Source of the DNA: a virus
IMG/VR virus record: IMGVR_UViG_3300020391_000290
Span: 69,897 to 133,896 of that record
Direction: 5' to 3' (one strand)
Length of the DNA: 64,000 bases
Shown: piece by piece, positions 1 to 9,988 of the stretch
Layout: each line of letters starts with the position of its first letter
Numbering within the stretch: the stretch's first letter is position 1
The notes under the pieces: generated by a model
The model's input: the letters and a program-made list of their open reading frames with translations, nothing else
Told to the model about the DNA's origin: nothing
Databases searched by the model: none
Made by a program: the position numbers and the translations under genes

Positions 1-2
1 GC

Positions 3-464
3 GGTAGAATAAGTTGTCGTTGGGATATTTCAGGTTACACAAGTGATACAAAAGCAGAAAGATGGAATACACTAGCAAGTAACTGTGGTACATATTTAAT
101 AAATGCACAAAGTTCAGGTAAGTCAGGTGGTGGTGGTAACTCACCAAACATAAACAATACAAACTTAGGATGGCATGATCTTACTGGTTCATATCAAGAT
201 GCATTTAGACAGTACGCACAAAGCACCTATACTAATAATAATATTAGATTACAATTATACAAATCTGGTAATGTAGTTTACTTTAGAAGTTATTGGAACG
301 ATGATGAAGCAGATCAGACTAGTTGGAATAAATCCATTTATAATGTGCAAGATCAGACAAATGGAACAAAACAGACAATCTTTGGACATGAAGAATCAGA
401 AACAACACATATAGCAGATACGTGGGGCGATGGGCCAACACAATCAGTAGATGCTAACGGATAA
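3..464 (+). CDS. 3' end of probable virion structural/tail-associated protein (partial)
   Basis: Open frame from window edge (GRISCRWDISG...GPTQSVDANG*) to TAA 462-464; G/S/T/N-rich; function inferred from composition only. Confidence 0.5.
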   Translation, partial: GRISCRWDISGYTSDTKAERWNTLASNCGTYLINAQSSGKSGGGGNSPNINNTNLGWHDLTGSYQDAFRQYAQSTYTNNNIRLQLYKSGNVVYFRSYWNDDEADQTSWNKSIYNVQDQTNGTKQTIFGHEESETTHIADTWGDGPTQSVDANG

Positions 465-483
465 TAATTAAAGAATTTAATAC

Positions 484-512
484 TTGACAGGCGCTACGGC
501 GCCTGTTATAAT
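484..512 (+). promoter_or_regulatory. sigma70-type promoter
   Basis: TTGACA(484-489)-17 nt-TATAAT(507-512) with extended -10 TG; ATG 7 nt downstream. Confidence 0.85.
487..506 (+). terminator. GC-rich hairpin (terminator-like) inside promoter spacer
   Basis: ACAGGCGC-TACG-GCGCCTGT, 8-bp perfect stem with cUACGg loop; weak U tract. Confidence 0.55.
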
Positions 513-518
513 GACTGC

Positions 519-863
519 ATGAAAAATCAAGAAGAGTACGCTCGTGAAAGATTCGAGCTTAATAGACAAAAACAAACATTAAAAGAACAACAACAACAAA
601 GACTTACGGTCACATATAATGGTGGAATATTTTTAGTAGATATGACATTACTATCATATTTGTATATGAAAAATGTAAATGCAGGATTATTTCAACAAAG
701 TAAAGAAGACATAATACCGGATAGTTACGATACTCCTATAAAAATAGATGTGCAAGAATTAATAGTCTTATGCGATGAACGTTGGAAAGAAGTCCATAAT
801 GATTGGATAGACCAATATGAAGAATTAAAAACTACACGTAAGGCCGGCGATGTCAGCGTCTAA
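519..863 (+). CDS. hypothetical protein
   Basis: 114-aa ORF directly after promoter, overlaps next gene. Confidence 0.7.
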   Translation: MKNQEEYARERFELNRQKQTLKEQQQQRLTVTYNGGIFLVDMTLLSYLYMKNVNAGLFQQSKEDIIPDSYDTPIKIDVQELIVLCDERWKEVHNDWIDQYEELKTTRKAGDVSV

Positions 864-1632
864 AGGCGTTCTTTTATTATATACAGAAAATAATTCATTA
901 GACTATAAACGTCTAGCAAATTTATCTGCAAGACTTGCTAAACATTATTTGAATGTACCTGCAACTATAGTAAAAATTGATCCTGTCAAAAAAAATACTA
1001 GAGTATTCAGATATGATGACGGTACCGAAACTATGGAATGGAATAATATTGGTCGATATAGTGCTTATGATCTTAGTCCATATGATGAAACTTTACTAAT
1101 AGACACAGATTATTTTATTCAAAATAATAATTTAGGTAATTACTTTGAAACTCCTAATACTTTTTTATGCCATAATAATAGTTGGGATATATCTGGTAAC
1201 GATGTATTTAGACATGATCAATTTTTAGAAAATGGAGGCAACGGTTTTGAAATGCGTTGGGCTACAGTAGTCTTTTTTAAAAAAAGTATATATGCCAAAC
1301 AAATATTTGATACTTGGCGTGTTGTATATGAAAATTACAAATACTATAGTAGATTATTTGGATTTAGCGAAACTCCATTTAGAAATGATTTCGCACTAAG
1401 CATAGCCCATCAGATATGCAATGGATATAAAAATACAAACACATTTAAACACAGATTACCCGCACTAAGCACTACTGATACAGTTTTGAATTACGGAAAT
1501 TGTAATTGGCTTATAAAATATAAATTTAAGCAATCCTATAATGTAGTAAGATACAAAGGTGACTTACACGTAATGAACAAAAGATGTATACTTCATAGTG
1601 ACCTTTATAGTAAATTATGGAATAGTGTATGA
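850..1632 (+). CDS. GT-A-like glycosyltransferase
   Basis: YDLSPYDETLLIDTDY (DxD motif); WATVVFF; RNDFA. Confidence 0.55.
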   Translation: MSASKGVLLLYTENNSLDYKRLANLSARLAKHYLNVPATIVKIDPVKKNTRVFRYDDGTETMEWNNIGRYSAYDLSPYDETLLIDTDYFIQNNNLGNYFETPNTFLCHNNSWDISGNDVFRHDQFLENGGNGFEMRWATVVFFKKSIYAKQIFDTWRVVYENYKYYSRLFGFSETPFRNDFALSIAHQICNGYKNTNTFKHRLPALSTTDTVLNYGNCNWLIKYKFKQSYNVVRYKGDLHVMNKRCILHSDLYSKLWNSV

Positions 1633-2444
1633 GAGAAAAAACCTATCAACAAGGATATTTAACTTTTGCACAAGGTGAAATGTATCTGAAATGTGCATAC
1701 TTACTGGCTTTAAGTATTAAAACATATTGTACTATAAACAAATTTGCAGTGGTTGTAGATGAAAATACAAAAGTGCCTTCGAACATGGCAGAAATATTTG
1801 ACGAAGTAATTGTTATTCCCACCATGGATCCATTTGCTAACGAATGTTTAGCATGGGAACTTACCCCTTTTAAAGAAACCTTTAAGGTAGAAAGTGATAT
1901 GATTATTACTAGTAATATAGATCATTGGTGGCATGGAGTAAGATTGAAAAACATTTGTTTTACAACAAAAGTGTGTAATTACAGAGGCGAATATGCTAAT
2001 GATTATATATATAGAAAAATGTGGTATGAAAATTATATGTTGAATGGTTACAACGGCTTTATGTATTTTAGACATTGTGAAGAAACACAAAAGTTTTTTA
2101 AAAATTGTAAAATAGTTTTGAATAACTTTCATATATATAAAAATAAAATATTAAAAAATTGTAGACATGAGGTTGCAGACACAGATGTGTTTATGAGTAT
2201 AGTAGCGACCGAACTAGGTAAAGAAAATTTTTATTTGCCAAGCCTTTGTTATCCTACTTTTACGCATATGAAATCGCACATAAATAATTTTGCTACAGAC
2301 GATTGGCGTAATGCTTGTAGTTGGGCATTAACAGATGATAAAATTTTTTTAGTAAACGGATATGCACAAACAATACCTTTTCATTATTTTCATAAAGATT
2401 TTTGTACACAAGAGTTAGTAAAAAGATATGAGCAGTTTCTTTGA
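1629..2444 (+). CDS. GT-A-like glycosyltransferase paralog
   Basis: LTPFKETFKVESDM aligns with LSPYDETLLIDTDY of the upstream gene; C-terminal PFHY. Confidence 0.5.
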   Translation: MREKTYQQGYLTFAQGEMYLKCAYLLALSIKTYCTINKFAVVVDENTKVPSNMAEIFDEVIVIPTMDPFANECLAWELTPFKETFKVESDMIITSNIDHWWHGVRLKNICFTTKVCNYRGEYANDYIYRKMWYENYMLNGYNGFMYFRHCEETQKFFKNCKIVLNNFHIYKNKILKNCRHEVADTDVFMSIVATELGKENFYLPSLCYPTFTHMKSHINNFATDDWRNACSWALTDDKIFLVNGYAQTIPFHYFHKDFCTQELVKRYEQFL

Positions 2445-2733
2445 TATAGTAGATGTTTTTGAAGCAGTCCCTCCTCCTGAAATACGTTTGTATTATAATC
2501 TTGATGGTTCTATTTTAAAAACTGCATATGTTGCTAAAGAAGTTGCAGAAAAAGAACCATATATTGTAATTACACAAGAACAATATGATGGTTTAAATAG
2601 AAAACTAAATTTTGTAATTGACGATGAACTAGTTTATGTGGAGAAAAAATTAAAACTCTGGTATTTAACACAAGCAGAATTAGAAAGGAATCCATACGTA
2701 TGCAAACAGCAACTGACATCCAAAGAGGAATAG
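2428..2733 (+). CDS. hypothetical protein
   Basis: 101-aa ORF overlapping both neighbours in operon. Confidence 0.65.
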   Translation: MSSFFDIVDVFEAVPPPEIRLYYNLDGSILKTAYVAKEVAEKEPYIVITQEQYDGLNRKLNFVIDDELVYVEKKLKLWYLTQAELERNPYVCKQQLTSKEE

Positions 2734-3464
2734 ATAGCTTTGAAGTGCTACGACCTTTTGGTCCTTGTATTGTTAAAGCTAAAATACCCGAACAAGTATT
2801 ACTAGACTTAATACAAGTATTTGAAAAAAATGGTGACGCAAAAGATCATAGCATGGAGTTAGCAGGCAATATGGTTCGTGAATTTACTATTGATGATAAA
2901 ATACTTAACCCTGAACAAGCACAAAGATTTGTACAAATGTTAGCAGATGGTAGTGCAGAAGTATATAAGGCAGGTAAAAAAGTACGTTGGGAAAATACGA
3001 GACGATATGTTACAAAAAGACACGTAGATCTTGTAGATCCTCGGATGGACAATATGCAATTAAGTTGTGCTATACACAGTAGTTGGGGTAATATAAGTGT
3101 AGCTGGCGATTTTAATCCATCTCATAGTCATGCTGGTATGATAAGTGGTGTAGGATATTTGCGTTTACCAGATAATATAGAACAAGAATGGGAAAATGAA
3201 GATCATGATCCTAGTGTCGGTATGATTAATTTTATTAATGGTAGTACTTTGCCTTTGGATTCAAACAGTACTAGATTTAGACCTGCAATAGGAGATATAT
3301 ATTTCTTTCCTGCATGGCTTACACATCAAGTTTATCCATTTCGTAGTGAAGGTGAAAGATGGAGTTTTAGTTTTAATACCACTATTGAAAATTTACATGA
3401 TGATACAGATCTTACAAATGCAGATAAAAAAATAATTAAAGAAGGTTATAATGACAAAAGTTGA
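2700..3464 (+). CDS. 2OG-Fe(II) oxygenase-like protein
   Basis: NPSHSH...SGVGYL...FFPAWLTHQVYPF...ERWSFSFN, typical of phage 2OG-FeII_Oxy_5-like family. Confidence 0.7.
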   Translation: MQTATDIQRGIDSFEVLRPFGPCIVKAKIPEQVLLDLIQVFEKNGDAKDHSMELAGNMVREFTIDDKILNPEQAQRFVQMLADGSAEVYKAGKKVRWENTRRYVTKRHVDLVDPRMDNMQLSCAIHSSWGNISVAGDFNPSHSHAGMISGVGYLRLPDNIEQEWENEDHDPSVGMINFINGSTLPLDSNSTRFRPAIGDIYFFPAWLTHQVYPFRSEGERWSFSFNTTIENLHDDTDLTNADKKIIKEGYNDKS

Positions 3465-4362
3465 TGTTGCTGACTTAGATTGTATATATCTAAGTTATGA
3501 TGAGCCTATGAAAGAAGAGTTTTGGGTTAAGATTCAAAATATGGTTCCGTGGGCTAAAAGAGTAGATGGAGTCGAAGGAAGCGATGCGGCTCATAAAGCA
3601 GCGGCAAAGGCAAGTGATACAGAACGTTTTGTATTATTAGATGGCGATAATATGCCTTATCCTGAATTCTTTGATATAACTTTGGATATAAAAGATGAAT
3701 ATAAAGATTGCGTTTTCCGTTGGAAAGCAATAAATGCAATAAACGGATTGATGTACGGAAACGGAGGTATTAGTTGCTGGACACGTAGTTTTGTAAATAA
3801 AATGAAAACACATGAAAACAGTGATGGTGCAGACGAAAATGAAGTAGAATTTTGTTATGATCCAAAATACCTTGCGATGAATAATGTATATAGTACTACA
3901 CATCCTAATGGTGATGCATTTCATTCCTGGAGAGCAGGATTTAGAGAAGGTGTAAAAATGTGTCTTAATAGAGGCACAAAACCTACATTAATAGAATTTA
4001 ATGAAATGGTGCATAAGAGTAATTTCGATAGACTAAGCGTATGGCATAACATAGGGGCAGATGCAAATTTTGGCGATTATTGTATTGCAGGTGCTAGATA
4101 TGGTACTTATAGAACAATGCTTACTGAATGGGACTATACGGAAGTACAGGACTTTTATCACTTAGGAGAGATATATTCTGAATGGAAAGGTATTGACCAA
4201 TTAAAAATTAACAACCTACTACAAACACGTTTAGGATTACATATAAGTGAGTTTACAAGTGAACAAAGTAAGTTCTTCAAAAAAAATTACCTGCAGACAC
4301 ATAGACAAACTGATCCAATGAGATTAGAAATTGATTCTATACGTAGTGCAGAAGGCTGGTAA
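3451..4362 (+). CDS. glycosyltransferase-like protein
   Basis: LSYDEP, AHKAAA, FVLLDGDN (DxD), YGNGG, WRAGFREGVKM. Confidence 0.5.
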   Translation: MTKVDVADLDCIYLSYDEPMKEEFWVKIQNMVPWAKRVDGVEGSDAAHKAAAKASDTERFVLLDGDNMPYPEFFDITLDIKDEYKDCVFRWKAINAINGLMYGNGGISCWTRSFVNKMKTHENSDGADENEVEFCYDPKYLAMNNVYSTTHPNGDAFHSWRAGFREGVKMCLNRGTKPTLIEFNEMVHKSNFDRLSVWHNIGADANFGDYCIAGARYGTYRTMLTEWDYTEVQDFYHLGEIYSEWKGIDQLKINNLLQTRLGLHISEFTSEQSKFFKKNYLQTHRQTDPMRLEIDSIRSAEGW

Positions 4363-5720
4363 TGAGTGATTATTACAACGATGCATTAGTTGCCAAGGCT
4401 AAATTAGCAAATGTAAGTGACAGTTTCTGTTTAGCTAAATGGAAACAAGTAAGTTTACATTTGACTACTGGACATACTAATAGTTGTTATCATCCTCCAC
4501 TGCATAAAATTCCTATTGCTCCGCTTTGGGATAATCCTAGTGCTTTACATAATACTGAACACAAAAAACAAAGCCGTAAAGAGATGATTAAAGGAATAAA
4601 GTGTACAGACTGTAATTATTGTTGGAATATTGAAGCACAAGGAAATTTAAGTGACAGGCATTATCGTAGTGGTGAACCTTGGGCTATGGATACCTTTGAC
4701 GACATTGTTAATAATCCTGAGGCAGATGTAAATCCTAGCTACGTAGAAGTAAATTTTAATAATGTATGTAATCTAGCCTGTAGTTATTGTTCACCTCAAT
4801 TTAGTAGCACATGGACAAAAGAATCAAAAGAATTTGGTGCTTGGCCTACTAGTACACCACATAATGACCCTACACATTTTGTAGGAGATCGTCGTGCAAT
4901 TGCTAACAGAGAAGATAATCCTTATAGAGAAGCATTTTGGCGTTGGTGGCCTGACTTATATAAAGATTTAAAACATTTTCGTATGACAGGTGGCGAACCT
5001 ACTATGGATCCAAACACTTATCGAGTGTTTGATTATGTCCTTAAGAACCCTAAAACAGATTTACATCTCAATACAACAAGTAATTTTTCTGTACAAGAAA
5101 AAATATGGCAAAAATACAAGTCGTATGTCCAGCGGCTATGTGAAGGTCAACAAATAGAGCATTTTATGCAGTTTGTCAGTCTTGATACTTGGGGTTCTCA
5201 AGCAGAATATATTAGACATGGGTTAAATTTTGACCTTGCGATAAATAGATGTGAAGAGTTTGTAAGAGATGTTCCATATAGAAGCAGTCTTACATTCATC
5301 GTCACAATGAATAATCTAAGTATCCTTTCATTAAAAAAACTTTTAGAGTACATTGTGTACTTACGAAAAACATATACAGATACATATCAACGTATATGGT
5401 TCGATACGCCTCTTCTGTATACGCCAGAATGGCAAAGTTTACAAATATTACCTCAAGAGTATAGTGTTATAATGGATGAGGTAATAAAATATATGGAGGA
5501 AAACTTAGATGAAATGCATGGATTTAAGGACTATGAAGTGCTTAAAATGAAAAGAGATAGAGACTGGATGTTGTTAGGGACTAATAATGTAGAACGTAAA
5601 AGAGGTGACTTTTACAAATTTTTTACAGAGCATGATAAACGTCGTAATACAAATTTTTTAAAAACTTTTCCTGAAATGGAAAATTTTTGGTCACAATGTA
5701 TGTATTGGAGTAATAAGTGA
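4362..5720 (+). CDS. radical SAM protein with N-terminal twitch-like domain
   Basis: CNLACSYC, TGGEP; N-terminal FCLAKW, SCYH, CNYC. Confidence 0.85.
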   Translation: MSDYYNDALVAKAKLANVSDSFCLAKWKQVSLHLTTGHTNSCYHPPLHKIPIAPLWDNPSALHNTEHKKQSRKEMIKGIKCTDCNYCWNIEAQGNLSDRHYRSGEPWAMDTFDDIVNNPEADVNPSYVEVNFNNVCNLACSYCSPQFSSTWTKESKEFGAWPTSTPHNDPTHFVGDRRAIANREDNPYREAFWRWWPDLYKDLKHFRMTGGEPTMDPNTYRVFDYVLKNPKTDLHLNTTSNFSVQEKIWQKYKSYVQRLCEGQQIEHFMQFVSLDTWGSQAEYIRHGLNFDLAINRCEEFVRDVPYRSSLTFIVTMNNLSILSLKKLLEYIVYLRKTYTDTYQRIWFDTPLLYTPEWQSLQILPQEYSVIMDEVIKYMEENLDEMHGFKDYEVLKMKRDRDWMLLGTNNVERKRGDFYKFFTEHDKRRNTNFLKTFPEMENFWSQCMYWSNK

Positions 5721-7216
5721 TTGACTTATTATTACTAAATGTTCCTCGTATTAGTTTAGTATATCCGCCAGCTGGCACTAGTCTGCTAAAAGGAGTGGTA
5801 GAACAGCAAGGATTTACTTGTACTGTAAAAGATTCTAACTTTGAATTATTGGATAGTATAAAAAATGATGAAGATTTTGAAGAAATAACAAATTATTTTA
5901 CAATTCCTAATGCGGAGGTTACTACACATTGTCAAAAAATTATAGATCAATGGTATACTGATCTAGTAAATTATATTTTAAAACTAAATCCAAGACATGT
6001 TGGCATTAGTGTTTTTACGTTTGAATGTCAAGTGGCAACTAGGGAATTATGTAAACTATTACGTGCAGTATATAAAGGTAAGATTATAATTGGAGGTGCT
6101 GGATTAAGCACAACAGGCATAGCAACACAAGTTAACGATTTTGGAAACATGTTGTTATCAAGCAAACAGGTTGATTATTATGTACGCGGTGAAGGTGAAC
6201 ATGCATTAATAGATATATTAAAAGAAAATACAGGAAGTGGTATTAATAACGACAACTATGTACAAATAGAAGATCTAAATAGCCTTGCTTATCCTAATTA
6301 CGATGACGTAATTAAATATGAATATCATTATAGTATAGAAAATATACAATTACCAATTACTACAAGTAGAGGATGTGTAAGAAGGTGTAGTTTTTGTGAT
6401 ATACATGCATTTTGGAAAAAGTATACATATAGATCTGGAGAAAATATAGCTGGTGAGATGATTTCACATTACGAAAAGTATGGAGTACGTGATTTTTTCT
6501 TTACAGATAGTCTAATAAACGGAAATTTAAAAAGTTTTCGACAACTATGTGACTGGTTAGTAAACTATTATGAAGCTAATAATCTTCCTGACAAATTTTT
6601 TAGTTGGGGAGGTCAATGGATTGTGAGGACAGAAAAACATTTAAGTCCAGATGACTATAAAAAAGCCGCAAGGAGTGGAATGAATGGGTTAGCAATGGGC
6701 GTAGAAAGCCTAAGTGAACAAATAAGAAAAGATATGAATAAAGGGTTTAAAAATGTTGATATTGATTATACACTAGAGCAGTTTAGATTGCACGGTATAA
6801 ATTGTTATTTCCTAATGATAGTAGGGTATCCTACTGAAAAAGAAGAACATCATTTAGAAACAATGCAAATGTTTACAAAATATCAAGGTTATGCAATTGA
6901 CGGAACAATATTTGGTGTGAACTTAGGAGGAACTTTAAGCATAGACGAAGGAAGTCCTTTACATAAAGGCAGTATACACTTTGGATTAGAGCCAACAACA
7001 GAAAATGAAGAATTATTTGGTTTAGATTGGACAAGCAAAGAAAATCCAAAACTTACTTTACTAGAAAGAATAAATCGACGAATAGACCTACAAGAATTAC
7101 TTATGGATTTAGGTTATACTGTATGGAATGGTGATCATCAATTAAAAAGACTTAAAGCAAGTTATGAGCGTATTAAACAAAATACCTATCACTTTAAAGA
7201 TATACTACACTCATAG
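5717..7216 (+). CDS. B12-binding radical SAM protein (class B methyltransferase-like)
   Basis: YPPAG, IIIGG, GEGE, SRGCVRRCSFC, GVES, IVGYPTE; GTG start. Confidence 0.85.
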   Translation: MIDLLLLNVPRISLVYPPAGTSLLKGVVEQQGFTCTVKDSNFELLDSIKNDEDFEEITNYFTIPNAEVTTHCQKIIDQWYTDLVNYILKLNPRHVGISVFTFECQVATRELCKLLRAVYKGKIIIGGAGLSTTGIATQVNDFGNMLLSSKQVDYYVRGEGEHALIDILKENTGSGINNDNYVQIEDLNSLAYPNYDDVIKYEYHYSIENIQLPITTSRGCVRRCSFCDIHAFWKKYTYRSGENIAGEMISHYEKYGVRDFFFTDSLINGNLKSFRQLCDWLVNYYEANNLPDKFFSWGGQWIVRTEKHLSPDDYKKAARSGMNGLAMGVESLSEQIRKDMNKGFKNVDIDYTLEQFRLHGINCYFLMIVGYPTEKEEHHLETMQMFTKYQGYAIDGTIFGVNLGGTLSIDEGSPLHKGSIHFGLEPTTENEELFGLDWTSKENPKLTLLERINRRIDLQELLMDLGYTVWNGDHQLKRLKASYERIKQNTYHFKDILHS

Positions 7217-7673
7217 TGGACACACAAATGGCTGGCCTTTGTGTAGAATATTATGGGATAATAAACAAGTAGCAAACTTTAAAGCGGATGGACAAGAAAT
7301 AGAGTTTACAGTACTCCCTAAACCTGAAGGTATCAGTACACTTATAGTAGAACATTATGGGAAAAATGTATATACTGAACATGATAAATTTATAGAAGTA
7401 ATTGCAATGAGAGTGAATAACATACCATTAAAAAATATACTATGGGAATCAACACAATATCCAATAACTGCACCCTGGGACGAGCCGTGGCAAGAAGACG
7501 GAAATTTATATCTCGGACATAATGGTCATATTGTTTGGAAATTTAATAATCCTATGTTGTTAGATATACAAAAAAGATTAGGAGTACGGAGACGTACTCA
7601 AGAAGGACAGGAAAGTACAAAACAAGTGTTAAATGAAATAAAAGAATATTTTAAAAATGAAAAAGATAGATAA
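7164..7673 (+). CDS. hypothetical protein
   Basis: ORF in operon; shares YGKN...NG-x-x-x-x-KF pattern with 8292..8597. Confidence 0.65.
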   Translation: MSVLNKIPITLKIYYTHSGHTNGWPLCRILWDNKQVANFKADGQEIEFTVLPKPEGISTLIVEHYGKNVYTEHDKFIEVIAMRVNNIPLKNILWESTQYPITAPWDEPWQEDGNLYLGHNGHIVWKFNNPMLLDIQKRLGVRRRTQEGQESTKQVLNEIKEYFKNEKDR

Positions 7674-8298
7674 TTTTTTTACTAAAAAAGATTGCGAATG
7701 GTTTTTGTGGTATAATACTATTTTACCTGACACAAGAGATAATGGATTGCGTTTAATGAGTATGACACACTTTGCACAACCATTTTTTGCACGTAAACTT
7801 ACGGATTTACATAAACGTTTGCCAGATAATGAAGAAATTACTACATTAAATATTAATTTTGACTATGGAGCAGGTGGGATACATAGTGATGGATATATTG
7901 AACATGATAAGAATGATGAAATTGCCAACAGTTATCTTATTCCTATTATAGTAAATGAAGTAGACAAATATTATACAATTGTATTTGATCAAGTTAGTAA
8001 GGAAGCAGTTACATTCAACGGCGAAACAGGTTTAGGAGATAAAGGTATAACCACTTATAAGCAAATTACTAGTGATGATTTTGGTCTAAGCAACGAACCT
8101 TTTGATAAAGAAATTTATGACATGTATCTTACTCATTTAAACTACAATGCTTTAAAAGGACTGACAGTAGCACATGTACATGAATGGACACTAGGAAGTG
8201 CAATGACATGGCCCAGACAGAATTTTCATGTAAGTGCAAACTTTGTAAATAAAAATACTAGAGCAAGTGTGTTAATTACAACGAGATACAAATGTTAG
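7657..8298 (+). CDS. putative 2OG-Fe(II)/cupin-fold oxygenase
   Basis: GIHSD (HxD) ... NFHVS ... RASVL facial-triad pattern. Confidence 0.45.
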   Translation: MKKIDNFFTKKDCEWFLWYNTILPDTRDNGLRLMSMTHFAQPFFARKLTDLHKRLPDNEEITTLNINFDYGAGGIHSDGYIEHDKNDEIANSYLIPIIVNEVDKYYTIVFDQVSKEAVTFNGETGLGDKGITTYKQITSDDFGLSNEPFDKEIYDMYLTHLNYNALKGLTVAHVHEWTLGSAMTWPRQNFHVSANFVNKNTRASVLITTRYKC

Positions 8299-8597
8299 AA
8301 TTTGATTTTAAAAACAATGGTAGTATCGTTTATGATATCGAAATAAAAGACAGAGGAGCTAAGATACGTTTTTATGGAAAAAACTACAATACAAATACTG
8401 ATGATTATGTTATAATAGAAAATATATATTATAAAGACTTAATACTTCCAGAACTATTAGAATTCAGTAAAATGACTACAGATAACAAAGATTATAAAGA
8501 ATTGACTAATGTAAATTATATAAGTTTTAATGGCATATGGGAAATTAAGTTTACAGACAATGATTTGAAACAGATATTAAAGAAAAAATTGACATGA
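8292..8597 (+). CDS. hypothetical protein
   Basis: Coupled ORF; paralog-like to 7164..7673. Confidence 0.6.
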   Translation: MLEFDFKNNGSIVYDIEIKDRGAKIRFYGKNYNTNTDDYVIIENIYYKDLILPELLEFSKMTTDNKDYKELTNVNYISFNGIWEIKFTDNDLKQILKKKLT

Positions 8598-9988
8598 GTG
8601 AAGGAAATCCTGCAAATAATTTAGAAGTTTTACAAAACACTTTACCTCCTTTGGAGTTTAAAAAACTTCATTTAGATAAACGTAGTAGTAGTTTTTGTGG
8701 TGCGAAATGGTACAATGCAACAATATGGCTTGGTAGTGGTATGACGACTAGTTGTCATCATCCTTTGCCACATAAAATTGATCCTATTGCAGTACAAACT
8801 AATCCAAAATTATTACATAACACACCTGAGAAAAAGGAACAGAGGCGTCAAATGCAGTGTGGTGAACGTCCTAGTGGATGTGAATACTGTTGGAAAATTG
8901 AAGATATGGGCTCACAACATGTTAGTGATAGAGTTTATAAAAGTTGGATATATACAGATGAGGAACTTACTGATGCATTTACAAGAGACTATAATGAAGA
9001 TTTTGAACTTAGAAGCCTTGAGATCGCCTTTGACAGGACATGCAATTTTGCTTGTAGTTATTGCAATCCTGCGTTTTCAAGCACTTGGGTAAAAGATCTT
9101 AAAAAAGACGGACCATATAAAAACTTACAAAGTGATGGAAGAGGACACTTTACACATCCACACGATTCTAATCAATTGTATGGATATCAAGAATTTAATC
9201 CTTATGTGGAAGCGTTTTTTAAATGGTGGGATAGTGACTTACATAAAACACTTAGGCAATTAAGAGTGACTGGCGGGGAGCCGTTAATGAGCCCAGATCT
9301 TTGGAAACTTATAGAATGGTTTGAAAAGAATGGAGATAAAAGTACGACAAGTCTAGCAATAAACAGTAATTTGGTTGCAAAGCCTGAACTGATACAACGT
9401 CTAATAAATGTTAAACGACATCTGCCTAGTTTAGCCGTTTATACAAGTGCAGAAGCAATAGGTGGGGCGGCAGAATACATACGTGATGGAATGAACTTTA
9501 CACAATGGTGGGATAATATATGTCGTTTACACGAAGCAGATATCGATACACATTGTATGTGTACAATAAATGCACTTTGTTTAGAAACATTACCTGACTT
9601 AGTAGAACGCATTATGAAGCAACGCAAAGAGTATGGTATGCGTTTCGCAGTTATGAGCTTTAATATATTACGTTTTCCTAGTTTTCAAAGTCCATTAGTT
9701 TTACCAGATAATATTAAACTGAGACACGTAGATAGATTAAAGCAATTACGTAAAACTTATGCACCTAAATTGTTAAATAGAACAGATTGCTTTCATGAAT
9801 TTGAATTAGGACAATTAGATAGATTAATAGAATATATACAAGTAGTAGATAAACCTCACAGCGAAGGATTTGATATGCCTAGATTACATAATGATTTTAG
9901 AAAGTTTTATCAGCAATATGATATAAGAAGAAATAAAAATTTTCCTAAAACTTTTCCAGAACTAGAGGAATGGTATGAAACACTATGA
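8594..9988 (+). CDS. radical SAM protein with N-terminal twitch-like domain
   Basis: CNFACSYC, TGGEP; FCGAKW, SCHH, CEYC; close paralog of 4362..5720. Confidence 0.85.
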   Translation: MSEGNPANNLEVLQNTLPPLEFKKLHLDKRSSSFCGAKWYNATIWLGSGMTTSCHHPLPHKIDPIAVQTNPKLLHNTPEKKEQRRQMQCGERPSGCEYCWKIEDMGSQHVSDRVYKSWIYTDEELTDAFTRDYNEDFELRSLEIAFDRTCNFACSYCNPAFSSTWVKDLKKDGPYKNLQSDGRGHFTHPHDSNQLYGYQEFNPYVEAFFKWWDSDLHKTLRQLRVTGGEPLMSPDLWKLIEWFEKNGDKSTTSLAINSNLVAKPELIQRLINVKRHLPSLAVYTSAEAIGGAAEYIRDGMNFTQWWDNICRLHEADIDTHCMCTINALCLETLPDLVERIMKQRKEYGMRFAVMSFNILRFPSFQSPLVLPDNIKLRHVDRLKQLRKTYAPKLLNRTDCFHEFELGQLDRLIEYIQVVDKPHSEGFDMPRLHNDFRKFYQQYDIRRNKNFPKTFPELEEWYETL

